Under the pieces are notes generated by a model, which made no database searches, was not told the origin of the DNA, and worked only from the letters and a program-made list of their open reading frames with translations. DNA of 64,000 nt from Pristiophorus japonicus (lineage: Eukaryota). The position numbers were made by a program, and so were the translations under genes. The stretch covers positions 136,524,001 to 136,588,000 of the forward strand of contig NC_091984.1 of the NCBI RefSeq assembly GCF_044704955.1. Direction: 5' to 3'. Position 1 is the stretch's first letter, and every line of letters begins with the position of its first letter. Positions 25,912 to 38,454 of the stretch are shown here, one piece after another.

Positions 25912-26868
25912 CAACAACAATTTGCATTTATATAGCGCACTTAATGTAGTAAAACATCCCAAGGTGCTTCAGAGGAGCGTTATCAGACGAATATGATGCC
26001 GAGTCTTGGAGCTATTTGGATTGGTGAACAAAAGCTTAGCCAGAGGTAGGTTTTAAGGAGCGACTTAAAAAGGAAAGAGACAGAGGATTTGGGAGAGAAT
26101 TCCAAAGCTTTAGGCTGAGGTAACTTAAGGCATGGCCACCGGTGGCAAAGCGAAGTAAATCGGGGATGCATTTGAGGTCAGAATTGGAAAAGCGCAGATA
26201 TCTCGGGAGGGCAGGAGAGGTTACAGAAATAGGAAGGGATGAGGCCATGGAGGGATTTGAAAACACGGATGAGAATTTTAAAATCGAGGCATTGAAGGAC
26301 TGAGTAGGTCAGCAAGTACAGTGGTGATGGGTGAATGCGACTTGATGTGATTTAGGGTACGGGCAGCAGAGTTGGAGATGAGCTCAAGTTTACTGAGGGT
26401 GGGAGGCCAGCCAGGAGATCATTGGAACAGTCGAGTCTCGCGGTAACAAAGGCAAGGCTAAGTGTTTCAGCAGCAGGTGGGCTGAGGTAGGGGTGGCGAC
26501 AAGCGATGCTACAGAGGTGGAAGTAGATAGTAGAGGATATAGGGTCGGAAGCTCAGTTAAGGCTTAAATAGGACACTGAGGTTGAAACAGTCGGCTTCAG
26601 CCTGAAAGCAGGGGGAAGGAGTCGGTGGCTACGAAATGGTGTTTGTGGTGGGGACCGAAGGCAATGGCTTCGGTCTTCCTAATATTTAATTGGAGGAAAT
26701 TTCTGCTTTTCCAATACTGGATATCGGACAACCAGCATGACCAATAAGAGTCAGTTGAGGGGGCGAGGGAGCTCGTAGTGAGTTAGATCTGGGTGTCGTC
26801 AGCATGCATGTAGAATCTGATGTGTTTTCGGATGTCGCTTAGGGGCAGCATGTGGGTGAGAAATAGGA
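25912..26868 (-). mobile_element. L2-clade LINE 3' fragment
   Basis: The minus strand carries a degenerate RT motif HADDTQI near 26790-26810 and LWNSLP near 26100. The tail is tatataaatgcaaattgttgttg. Confidence 0.85.
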
Positions 26869-27126
26869 GTGTGCAATGATGAGCCTGGACAACGAGAGTA
26901 TTTAAAAAAAAAACTAGACATCCACAAGCCTGCTCTGTGCAGGTTTACAAATCATTCTTTGTTAAAATCTGCTGCTTTTGGTTGTGATGAGGATCATGGT
27001 ACCAGCAAGTGTTCCCAAAATGACTGCAGCTGGGACATGGAGTGGAGACTGGAACTGGCTTTGCTTCTGCTGATACTGTTACTTTTGGTGGGAAAATCCG
27101 AATCATAATCTCTTGCTCACACAAAT

Positions 27127-27250
27127 ACAAAAGCAAAATACTGCAGATGCTGGAATCTGAAATAAAAACATAAAATGCTGGAAATCTCAGTGGGTCAGGC
27201 AGCATCTATGGAGAGAGAAACATAGTCGACGTTTTAGGTCGAAGACCCAT
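27127..27250 (-). mobile_element. Penelope-like terminal-repeat fragment with degenerate hammerhead-like motif
   Basis: aaaatactgcagatgctggaatctgaaataaaaac...tgctggaaatctcag...caggcagcatc is, from recall, typical of chondrichthyan Penelope-like element ends. The minus strand reads gggtcttcgacctaaaacgt. Confidence 0.65.
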
Positions 27251-27251
27251 T

Positions 27252-27808
27252 GGGCCGGATTTTCGGCTTTCGGGGTTATTTTGCCGAAAACGGTAGTGAT
27301 ACGTGAAACTTACTGTTTTAGCTGCGCTACCGTTTTTAGGCCAAACTTTCGGCCTTGATGTCTGCGCTGATAAGGGAGGCGTTGCACAAGCGGCGCAAAA
27401 GGCAAGTTTCGGCAACTTTCGTCTGGGGCCGGGAGCGCTGCGAGAGATGCCTTGGGAGGGTGGGGGGGGAAATCCCAAAACTTCCCAAAAACATTTACAA
27501 GACCCTTAACGCTGCAAAAACATTTTAAAAATAAAAGCTTTAAGTTACTTTTTTTGCAGGTTTTCGTACTTACCTCTGCTGGCAGGACTGCAACGACAGG
27601 TTTGACCTGTTGCTATTCGGTGCGCGGTGTACGGGTCGGGAGAGTGCCGAAAGTCGGACACCAACACAATCCGCATCGTTGCATGTCGGCGCACCTCTGC
27701 CCGGCGGTACTTGGAAGCGCTGCCACAAACAGGTACCTGAGGATCCCGCCCAGGCTTTGCGACCAGGTTTTTGCCGTGGAGGATCAAATTTTGGTGCAAA
27801 CCCGGCCC
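27252..27808 (+). mobile_element. Harbinger-like MITE, family 3
   Basis: TIRs gggccggattttc / gcaaacccggccc, flanks ATT/AGT, CpG-rich interior. Confidence 0.75.
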
Positions 27809-27967
27809 AGTATCTACAAATTGACCAGAGTCGAGCTTGAATGTGTACACAGAGAATCAGTTTCATATTTTTGCTCGTTCCCTTGCACTGAAATAGCACC
27901 TTTCAGTCATGTCTGTCGGAAATGATGGTGGTCATTTATTTCTTGATCCACACAAATACAACCAAAA

Positions 27968-28110
27968 AACTGAGATTGCTAGATTTTTGTTAGGCAAGGA
28001 TATTGAGCGTTACAGAACCAAGGCAGGTCGATGGAGTTAAGATACAGATCAGCCATGATCTAATTGAATGGTGGAATAGGCTCAAAGGCCTGCTGCTGTT
28101 GCTATGTTCC
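27968..28110 (+). mobile_element. CR1 3'-end fragment
   Basis: gatcagccatgatctaattgaatggtggaataggctc...ctatgttcc. Confidence 0.8.
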
Positions 28111-29494
28111 AAAACGGGCTCTGTGGGATTAAGTTAAGTCACCACACTGTCACCTGTGTGGTGTTGCAGGTTTGATGGTGCCATGTCTGTTTGTTGCTGT
28201 AAATAATTCTCGCTTGTTTTCACTGCAAGGTTGGAACTGTTCATAGTTCATTTCCCCTTTGGAGAGAGAAAGTGTATGCTTTGAGACATGAATAAACCCG
28301 ACAAGAATAGATTAGTCATGGAAATTGTACAGATTAGTTATCTATCTTCAGTCTTCATTACTAGCATACTTTGTGTTCCTATGGGTCTTATGCTTTTGCA
28401 TAGTAACGTGGTTTCAACTTCCTGCCAGTACCTCCCAGCAGTTTGGCCAAATTCAAATTGCTCATGTGTTGAAGGGGAGTAAAATCCAAAGTTTCAAGCC
28501 TTCCTTTAACTGTCTCCTTCCCTGGAGTTTGGTATTACATTAGTATTCTCTTGTCATGAATGCTGTTGATCTGATCAGGTTCCGATTTTAAAGTTTAATT
28601 ACAGATTTGCAATGGGACAAACAATTACAAAATGAACTTTCCCACAGGAAAGCCTTGAAAATATCAACGTTGAATTCACACAATCAGTGTTATTTCTGTT
28701 GAGAATGCAGGGTGTCTGCCTGTAACCTTCTGTGGGAAGAATTTCTTGGTGTATTCATGATGAATTGAGTTCTTGTCGTCTTTCAATCTGTGCTGTTAAA
28801 ATAAAATGATGTGGTCTAGTGAACCTTAAACTTTATGCCTACATACTATGACTTCATGTGATAAGGATATATTGAGCTACAGTCATCGGTGTGTCCTATC
28901 ATCACCAGTCCATTGGTAAATGTATTGCTTTGTACATGTCAAACTGCTGTTAATTTTCATTCATAAAATCAATAGAATGTCATGTGTAGACTTGCATCAA
29001 TCAGGGTCTTTATCAAGGAGATTTCAAAGCAGCTGACTGCAGTACTGAGGGAACAATTGTGATATGCAGGCTGTAATTCTCAATCTAGCAGTCTTATCAA
29101 AAGTAAACTAACTAGTAACAGAAGATTGAAGTGTAAAGGTGAAACACACCATGTATTTTATAGATGGTATTCCTGCCTAACATTGCATCGTAACCTCACA
29201 GGTCCATAAATCACCAGGGCTTGGGGTGGCCCACAGCGCAAAGAAACAAGAAAAATTCCAATTTGTAATTGGCATCATGTACTCAGACAATCCCATTGAT
29301 CCAGTCAATTCCAGTTGTACATTAGCATGTCAATTGGTAAGATGCGACTTCAAAAGGAGAATGGAACAGTATGTAGAAAAAAAGTGTGTAAATGTATTGA
29401 TAGGTTTATAAAAATGTTCCATCGGCAAATTATTAACTGAGTACGTGGGTCACAAATCTTCAGCTACCTGGATTAGGTAATGAATGATTATTCC

Positions 29495-29790
29495 CTCACA
29501 CCCTTTTTCCTCCTCCTTTTCATGACAGCTCTCCTCAAGGCATTGATTCAAGTTCCACAATGTTTATCACCCTCTGGTGCGTCATCCAAATCGCCATTCT
29601 TATGAAAGCTTGAGCAGTGAGTGTTGGCAGGCTATTTGTCTGTGATGGGGGTGGGAGTCACTGTCCAGCCTGGCCTTCAAAAGCAACCTTTGTCACAGGA
29701 GTCACTAGGTGGTTATCACGAGTGGGAACTATAATTTTTTCACCCCAAATGCCAGTTGTGACCACGATTTGAATTGTTCTGTTTGGGTAT
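29495..29790 (-). mobile_element. Ancient SINE-like interspersed repeat
   Basis: The core ccaaat(g/c)gccattctt...agtgagtgttggcaggctattt recurs at ~43150 and ~46520, and inverted at ~42480. Confidence 0.55.
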
Positions 29791-30119
29791 GGATAGTGAA
29801 CTCGGGTGAATAAAAATTTTTACTGAGACTATGAAGCATCTGAGCAGAAATGAACTGGAAATAAAAAGAAAGGTGAAGGATTTGTGGAGTTTATTTTTCT
29901 TCTTTAACTTGAACCTTGTTTATCTATTCAGGGTTGCCCATTTTTAGCCCATGCTTGCTGCTATCTATCCTGCAAGCTCTTCAATATGTTTTCAACGATT
30001 TTTCCTAAATTGTCATCAAATGAGGTGTTAAATAATTTACCCAGCTCACCTATTTACAGTTGTCTCTCATACCTTTAAAATTGTACATCCTTGGCAATGG
30101 TGATCTCAGTTACGATCAA

Positions 30120-30840
30120 ACTTGTGCTGTGTTGGGCATCATCTAGGGGTGCCGTCACTTCCTTTTTCTCTATGGGATCATTTACCATTTCCAAGATGAG
30201 CTGAGAGCTGCCATTTATGGCTTCTCTTGTGCATTGGGCTCGTGAAGTGGCAGTGCATTTTGTTTACTGACTAATTTGAGTATTTCCAATTCACATTTGG
30301 TTGGTTAAAACCCCCCATTAATATAATCTTCCTTTTGCATGTACCCTCTGTTATGTATGCAACACCTTGTAACCAGCATTCTACCGCCACCAGAGGGTGC
30401 ATCTGTTGGAGTCCCAAGGGATCCCAGCATCTCTTGGGAGCACTGCAGAAAAGCAGGCCTCCCATGCTATGCCAGCACTCGAGAGTCACAATAAAGGGAC
30501 TAAGGTCACCCTTACTCAAGTCTACAATACTCAGTCACATTGCTTTGTATGAGACATAGTGAATGCCCTCCACCTTGTTGTGAGCAGGTGGTCTGTCACA
30601 AACCCCAGGTATTTTTTGCTTTCCTTGTGTTTAAAATGTCCAGGCAGAGTACATTGTTTTACCGACTTGGTGTTCCTCCTTAACAATCCATTCTATCCTT
30701 CTTGAACTGCCTGTACCATTCAACATTGAATTAATTTTTCACTCTGGGGTCAGCCATGTTTCTGTTACATTCACGCATTTTATTTAGAATGCTTTTAGCA
30801 TTTGTGTCGATGCACCTTAATTTATATTTGCTGCTACTTT
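30120..30840 (-). mobile_element. Old CR1 endonuclease fragment interrupted by a solo LTR
   Basis: The minus strand reads TNAKSILNK, VTETWLT, GVCDRPP and IILMGGFNQPNVNW. The left boundary is approximate. Confidence 0.7.
30349..30558 (+). mobile_element. Probable solo LTR
   Basis: A ~210-bp insert splits the CR1 EN frame. It starts TGTTATG, has AATAAA at 30490 and ends ...gagacata (imperfect inverted end). No clean TSD. Confidence 0.6.
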
Positions 30841-31362
30841 TTAATCTTCAGTGACTCCATTTTATTGATAGCTGGATCTGGTATTTTTCTGCATGTTGTC
30901 TGTACTCATCTGTTGGCGGCAATCAGCCTTGTGGGATTCATTTTTGTCATTGGCCTCCCTATTTAGTTGTCTCCTTGCAAGTCTCATGATTCTCACTCCG
31001 TTCAGATCGATCCGGTTTCTTCCAAGTCAGCCCATTTTACATCGTATATATGGCACAGAAACAAGCCATTCGGCCTAACCAGTCCATGCTGGTGTTTATG
31101 CTCCACTCGAGCCTCCTCCCGTCTTTCCTCATCTAAATCTGTCAGCATAACCCTCTATTCACTTCTCTCTCGTATGCATCTATACTATTTGCCTCAACTA
31201 CTCCATGTGGTAGCGAGTTCCACATTCTCACCACTCTCTGGATAAAGAAGTTTCTTCTGAATTCCCTATTGGATTTTTTGGTGACGATCTTATATTGATG
31301 GCCTCTCGATATGCTCTTCCCCAGAAGTGAAAACACTCTATCTACTCTATCGAACCTTTCAT

Positions 31363-34300
31363 GGAAACATAGAAAATAGGTGCAGGAGTAGGCCATTCGG
31401 CCCTTCGAGCCTGCACCGCCATTCAATGAGTTCATGGCTGAACATGCAACTTCAAAGTACCCCATTTCTGCTTTCTCGCCATACCCCTTGATCCCCCGAG
31501 CAGTAAGGACTTCATCTAACTCCTTTTTGAATATATTTAGTGAATTGGCCTCAACAACTTTCTGTGGCAGAGAATTCCACAGGTTCACTGCTCTCTGGGT
31601 GAAGAAGTTTCTCCTCATCTCGGTCCTAAATGGCTTACCCCTTATCCTTAGACTGTGACCCCTGGTTCTGGACTTCCCCAACATTGGGAACATTCTTCCT
31701 GCATCTAACATGTCTAAACCCATCAGAATTTTAAACGTTTCTATGAGGTCCCCTCTCATTCTTCTGAACTCCAGTGAATACAAGCCCAGTTGATCCAGTC
31801 TTTCTTGATAGGTCAGTCCCACCATCCTGGGAATCAGTCTGGTGAACCTTCGCTGCACTCCCTCAATAGCAAGAATGTCCTTCCTCAGGTTAGGAGACCA
31901 AAACTGTACACAATACGCCAGGTGTGGCCTCACCAAGGCCCTGTACAACTGTAGCAACACCTCCCTGCCCCTGTACTCAAATCCCCTCGCTATGAAGGCC
32001 AACATGCCATTTGCTTTCTTAACTGCCTGCTGTACTTGCATGCCAACCTTCAATGACTGATGTACCATGACACCCAGGTCTCGTTGCACCTCCCCTTTTC
32101 CTAATCTGTCACCATTCAGATAATAGTCTGTCTCTCTGTTTTTACCACCAAAGTGGACAACCTCACATTTATCCACATTATACTTCATCTGCCATGCATT
32201 TGCCCACTCACCTAACCTATCCAAGTCGCTCTGCAGCCTCATAGCATCCTCCTCGCAGCTCACATTGCCACTCAACTTAGTGTCATCCGCAAATTTGGAG
32301 ATACTACATTTAATCCCCTCGTCTAAATCATTAATGTACAATGTAAACAGCTGGGGCCCCAGCACAGAACCTTGCGGTACCCCACTAGTCACTGCCTGCC
32401 ATTCTAAAAAGTACCCATTTTACTCCTCCTCTTTGCTTCCTGTCTGCCAACCAGTTCTCAATCCACGTCAGCACACTACCCCCAATCCCATGTGCTTTAA
32501 CTTTGCACATTAATCTCTTGTGTGTGACCTTGTCGAAAGCCTTCTGAAAGTCCAAATATACCACATCAACTGGTTCTCCCTTGTCCACTCTACTGGAAAC
32601 ATCCTCAAAAAATTCCAGAAGATTTGTCAAGCATGATTTCCCTTTCACAAATCCATGTTGACTTGGACCTATCATGTCATCTCTTTCCAAATGCGCTGCT
32701 ATTGACATCCTTAATAATTGATTCCATCATTTTACCCACTACCGATGTCAGGCTGACCGGTCTATAATTCCCTGTTTTCTCTCTCCCTCCTTTTTTAAAA
32801 AGTGGGGTTACATTGGCTACCCTCCACTCGATAGGAACTGATCCAGAGTCAATGGAATGTTGGAAAATGACTGTCAATGCATCCGCTATTTCCAAGGCCA
32901 CCTCCTTAAGTACTCTGGGATGCAGACCATCAGGCCCTGGGGATTTATCGGCCTTCAATCCCATCAATTTCCCCAACACAATTTCCCAACTAATAAGGAT
33001 TTCCCTCCGTTCCTCCTCCTTACTAGACCCTCTGACCCCTTTTATATCCGGAAGGTTGTTTGTGTCCTCCTTAGTGAATACCGAAGCAAAGTACTTGTTC
33101 AATTGGTGTGTCATTTCTTTGTTCCCCGTTATGACTTCCCCTGATTCTGACTGCAGGGGATCTACATTTGTTTTTACTAACCTTTTTCTCTTTACATATC
33201 TATAGAAACTTTTGCAATCCATTTTAATGTTCCCTGCAAGCTTCTTCTCGTACTCCATTTTCCCTGCCCTAATCAAACCCTTTGTCCTCCTCTGCTGAGT
33301 TCTAAATTTCTCCCAGTCCCCGGGTTCGCTGTTATTTCTGGCCAATTTGTATGCCACTTGCTTGGCTTTAATACTATCCCTGATTTCCCTTGATAGTCAC
33401 GGTTGAGCCACCTTCCCTTTTTTATTTTTACGCCAGACAGGAATGTACAATTGTTGTAGTTCATCCATGCGGTCTCTAAATGTCTGCCATTGCCCATCCA
33501 CAGTCAACCCCTTAAGTATCATTCGCCAATCTAACCTAGCCAATTCACGCCACATACCTTCAAAGTTATCCTTCTTTAAGTTCTGGACCATGGTCTCTGA
33601 ATTAACTCTTTCATTCTCCATCCTAATGCAGAATTCCACCATATTATGGTCACTCTTCCCCCAGGGGCCTCGCACAACGAGATTGCTAATTAATCCCCTC
33701 TCATTACACAACACCCAGTTTAAGATGGCCTCCCCCCTAGTTGGTTCCTCGACATATTGGTCTAGAAAACCATCCCTTATGCACTCCAGGAAATCCTCCT
33801 CCACCGTATTGCTTCCAGTTTGGTTAGCCCAATCTATGTGCATATTAAAGTCACCCATTATAACTGCTGCACCTTTATTGCATGCACCCCTAATTTCCTG
33901 TTTGATGCCCTCCCCAACATCACTACTACTGTTTGGAGGTCTGTACACAACTCCCACTCATGTTTTTTGCCCTTTGGTGTTCTGCAGCTCTATCCATATA
34001 GATTCCACATCATCCAAGCTAATGTCCTTCCTAACTATTGCATTAATCTCCTCTTTAACCAGGAATGCTACCCCACCTCCTTTTCCTTTTATTCTATCCT
34101 TCCTGAATGCTGAGTTCCCAGCCCTGATCATCCTGGAGCCACGTCTCTGTAATCCCAATCACATCATATTTGTTAACATCTATTTGCACAGTTAATTTAT
34201 CCACCTTATTACGGATACTCCTTGCATTAAGACACAAAGCCTTCAGGCTTGTTTTTTTTTTTTTACACCCTTTGTCTTTTTAGAATTTTGCTGTACAGTG

Positions 34301-34762
34301 GCCCTTTTTGTTCTTTGCCTTGGGTTTCTCTGCCCTCCACTTTTCCTCATCTCCTTTGTCTTTTGCTTTTGTCTCCTTTTTGTTTCCCTCTGTCTCCCTG
34401 CATTGGTTCCCATCCCCCTGCCATATTAGTTTAACTCCTCCCCAACAGCACGAGCAAACACTCCCCCGAGAACATTGGTTCTGCTCCTGCCCAGGTGCAG
34501 ACCGTCCAGTTTGTACTGGTCCCACCTCCCCCAGAACCGGTTCCAATGCCCCAGGAATTTGAATCCCTCCCTGCTGCACCACTGCTCAAGCCACGTATTC
34601 ATCTGCGCTATCCTGCGATTCCTACTCTGACTAGCACGTGGCAGTGGTAGCAATCACGAGATTACTACTTTTGAGGTCCAACTTTTTAATTTAGCTACAA
34701 GCTCCTTAAATTCGTTTCGTAGGACCTCATCCCTTTTTTTACCAATGTCGTTGGTACCAATG
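31363..34762 (-). mobile_element. 3.4-kb CR1 (3' part of ORF1 + near-complete, disrupted ORF2)
   Basis: Contiguous esterase, EN (LCLNARSIRNK, YRPPN, MGDFN, SDHNMV) and RT (FADDTKL), broken by frameshifts and stops. TTCAT is duplicated at 31358-31362 and 34763-34767. Confidence 0.96.
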
Positions 34763-34916
34763 TTCATAATAAATACCTCAATTAGGTCACCCCTCAGCCT
34801 TTTTTCAAGTGAAGAGAGATCCAGCCTGTTCATCTTTTCTTGACTGGTATACTCTCGCATTTCTGGTATCATTCTTATAAATCTTCTCTGCACCCTCTCT
34901 ATGTCTATATCCTTTT

Positions 34917-36827
34917 AACATAACATAAGAACATAAGAATTAGGAACAGGAGTCGGCCATCTAGCCCCTCGAACCTGCTCCGTCATTCAACAAGATCATG
35001 GCTGATCTGGCCGTGGACTCAGCTCCACTTACCCGCCCGCTCCCCGTAACCCTTAATTCCCTTATTGGTTAAAAATCTATCTATCTGTGATTTGAATACA
35101 TTCAATGAACTAGCCTCAACTGCTTCCTTGGGCAGAGAATTCCACAGATTCACAACCCACTGGGAGAAGAAATTCCTTCTCAACTCTGTTTTAAATTGGC
35201 TCCCCAGTATTTTGAGGCTGTGCCCCCTAGTTCTCGTCCCCCTGACCAGTGGAAACAACCTCTCTGCCTCTATCTTGTCTATCCCTTTCATTATTTTAAA
35301 TGTTTCTATAAGATCACCCGTCATCCTTCTGAACTCCAACGAATAAAGACCCAGTCTACTCAATCTCTTATCATAAGGTAACCCCCTCATCTCCGGAATC
35401 AGCCTAGTGAATCGTCTCTGTACCCCCTCCAAAGCTCAGTATATCCTTCCTTAAGTAAGGTGGCCAAAACTGCACGCAGTACTCCAGGTGCAGCCTCACC
35501 AATACCCTGTACAGTTGCTGCAGGACCTCCCTGCTTTTGTACTGCATCCCTCTCGCAATGAAGGCTAACATTCCATTCGCCTTCCTGATTACCTGCTGTA
35601 CCTGCAAACTAACCTTTTGGGATTCATGCACAAGGACCGCCAGGTCCCTCTGCACCGCAGCATGTTGTAATTTCTCCCCATTCAAATAATATTCCCTTTT
35701 ACTGTTTTTTTTTTTCCCAAGGTGGATGACCTCACATTTTCCGACATTGTATTCCATCTGCCAAACCTTAGCCCATTCGCTTAACCTATCTAAATCTCTT
35801 TGCAGCCCCTCTGTGTCCTCTACACAACCCGCTTTCCCACTAATCTTTGTGTCATCTGCAAATTTTGTTACACTACACTCTGTCCCCTCTTCCAGGTCAT
35901 CTCTGTATATTGTAAACAGTTGTGGTCGCAGCACCGATCCCTATGGCACACCACTAACCACCGATTTCCAACCGGAAAAGGACCCATTTATCCCGACTCT
36001 CTGCTTTCTGTAAGCCAGCCAATTCTCTATCCATGCTAATACATTTCCTCTGACTCCGCGTACCTTTATCTTCTGCAGTAACCTTTTGTGTGGCACCTTA
36101 TCGAATGCCTTTTGGAAATCCAAATACACCACATCCATCGGCACACCTCTATCCATCATGCTCGTTACATCCTCAAAGAATTCCAGTAACTTAGTCAAAC
36201 ATGATTTCCCCTTCATGAATCCATGTTGCGTCTGCTTGATTGCTCTATTCCCACCGAGATGTCCCGCTATTTCTTCCTTAATGATAGCTTCAAGCATTTT
36301 CCCCACTACAGATGTTAAACTAACTGGCCTATAGTTACCTGCCTTTTGTCTTCCCCCTTTTTTAAACAGAAGTGTTAAATTAGCTGCTTTCCAATCCGCT
36401 GGTACCTCCCCAGAGTCCAGAGAATTTTGGTAGATTATAACGAATGCATCTGCTATAACTTCCGCCATCTCTTTTAATACCCACGGATGCATTTCATCAG
36501 GACCAGGGACTTGTCTACCTTGAGTCCCATTAGCCTGTACAGCACTACCTCCCTAGTGATAGTGATTGTCTCAAGGTCCTCCCTTCCCACATTCCTCTGA
36601 CCAGCAATTTTTGGCATGGTTTTTGTGTCTTCCACTGTGAAGACCGAAGCAAAATAATTGTTTAAGGTCTCAGCCATTTCCACATTTCCCATTATTAAAT
36701 CCCCCTTCTCATCTTCTAAGGGACCAACATTTACTTTAGTCACTCTTTTCCGTTTTATATATCTGTAAAAGCTTTTACTATCTGTTTTTATGTTTTGCGC
36801 AAGTTTAATTTCGTAATCTATCTTTCT
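34917..36827 (-). mobile_element. 5'-truncated CR1 (RT + tail), same 3' type as 18644
   Basis: ORFs 35019-36743 carry NYRPVSLTS, QHGFMKGKSCL and FADDTKI. The tail is aacataacataagaacataag. Confidence 0.95.
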
Positions 36828-37174
36828 TTCTTTCTTTAATAATATGGCGACCAGAATTGTTCGCAGTACTCCCGTGTGGTCTAACCAAGGTTCGATTCAA
36901 GTTTAGCATAACTTCAGTACTATGCAATTCTATCTCTCTTGAAATAAACCCTAGTGCCTGTTTTTTTTAATGACCTTGTTAACCTGTGTATTTGTGTATT
37001 TGTACTCCGAGATCCCTTTGATCCTCTACCCGACCCAGACTCGTGACCTCCCTATTCTTCCTATCAAAATGTAATACCTGTACCACACATTTATTGTTGT
37101 TGAATTTCATTTGCCAATTATATATGCCCTTTCTGCAAGTTGTACTGAAAACATTCTCCGTTGCTAGTTATCTT

Positions 37175-37396
37175 TGCACCAGTTTCGAGTCTCTTCGCTG
37201 GGAGCAGACGGAAGCCAAGTACAAAAAGCGGAAGGCGCGTACGACAAATCAAGCACCCCACCCACCCGTCCCACCATCTGCCCCACCTGTGACCGAGCCG
37301 AGATCCCGCATTGGTCTCATCAGTTTCTTTAGAACTCATATATTAGTGAGGAAACAAGTCATCCTCGACTCCGGTGGATTGTCTAAGAAGAAATAG
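37175..37396 (+). mobile_element. RTE 3'-end fragment (different subfamily, AAG tail)
   Basis: ...SRIGLISFFRTH, then caagtcatcctcgactcc...ctaagaagaa, homologous to the reverse of the RTE ends at 16144 and 38455. Confidence 0.75.
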
Positions 37397-38454
37397 TTTC
37401 TTTGCCTTTTGTTTAAACAATTTGTTTTCCTGGTAAACTTGAAGTGCAAGCTGGTCAAACATTACTTGGCATCTTTTGGGCAATAAAAGATCAGATGAAA
37501 TGAGCTAAATGCTATCTTCCCTCCTTCCTCATATTTTCTTTATCCTAAATTAAAATAATCTGGTCAACAAATCCCAAGGTTTGGTAAATGCTCACTTTGG
37601 GAAATCGGATGAAATAAATCACCTGTTGGGAAGCAGGCAGCACTTTTTTTAAATTCAAAATGTTTGTGCAGCTTCTTTGCATTTTAGATGTCAGTTTTCT
37701 TTTAAGGTTCTCCTGGTCCACAGTTGATCATTTCACGCTATAAATCTCTGCAGCTGCCACTCCTCTCCACAACACTTCAGATTGGGGCCAGGGTTCCTGG
37801 AGCAAGAGGGCATTTTGAGGACCTTTCAGTTTTAATCTCTGCTATTTGAACCCATTGTGCACTTTCAGTTCAGCATTGGCCATTTGACCGTCAGAATTAA
37901 TTAGATATTACAGTACTGTTCGACCGAATCCTGATAAAGATGCTGCCTGTTTGCCAAAGAATGTAATACTGTAGAGACCAGTTGTGATAAGCAACTCTCA
38001 TTCAGCTCCAAGGGCAAAGGAATTGTGTTCAGTTTAAGGGTTGGGCAAATAAGCTGGTTTTTGTCTCTCTTATTTCCTCCCAATGTTTTTACACATGCTC
38101 GGCAAAGATACATCACACCCATGAGGTCTTAAATAACTTAAGATTTTGCAGCTGAAATCCACGAGTCACATTGGATGTTCATAATGCAGCCCATCTTCGA
38201 ATGTGCATAACAGCCAGTAACAAGAGCCAAGAATCTTTATTGTGAGTCAGAATTGCATGGGAATTTGCTGCCTAGGATGATGTCCAATCCAGTTTCCTAT
38301 AATGTCAATGCTCTACATTCAAAATTATTTTGGTTTGTTCCCAGATTAAAACCTCTTGGAATCGAACACTACCTACCATCACTACCTTTCACCCGCCAAT
38401 TTTCTCCTCCTGAAAGTGCAAATTGTACTGTGGTGGGGTTCCTCGGGTGCCAGT

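Larger units (their letters stand above)
31050..37145 (-). mobile_element. Older CR1 (pieces 31050-31362, 34763-34916, ~36830-37145) hosting two younger CR1s
   Basis: The pieces are colinear ORF2 C-terminal sequence of a distinct subfamily (RGHQYKIVTKKSNREFRRNFF; QRRFIRMIPEMR). Confidence 0.8.

Noticed and set aside
31142-32392. 416-aa RT ORF as an active gene
   Set aside because: It is a fragment of a frameshifted CR1 ORF2 that reads through its own tail into an older CR1.
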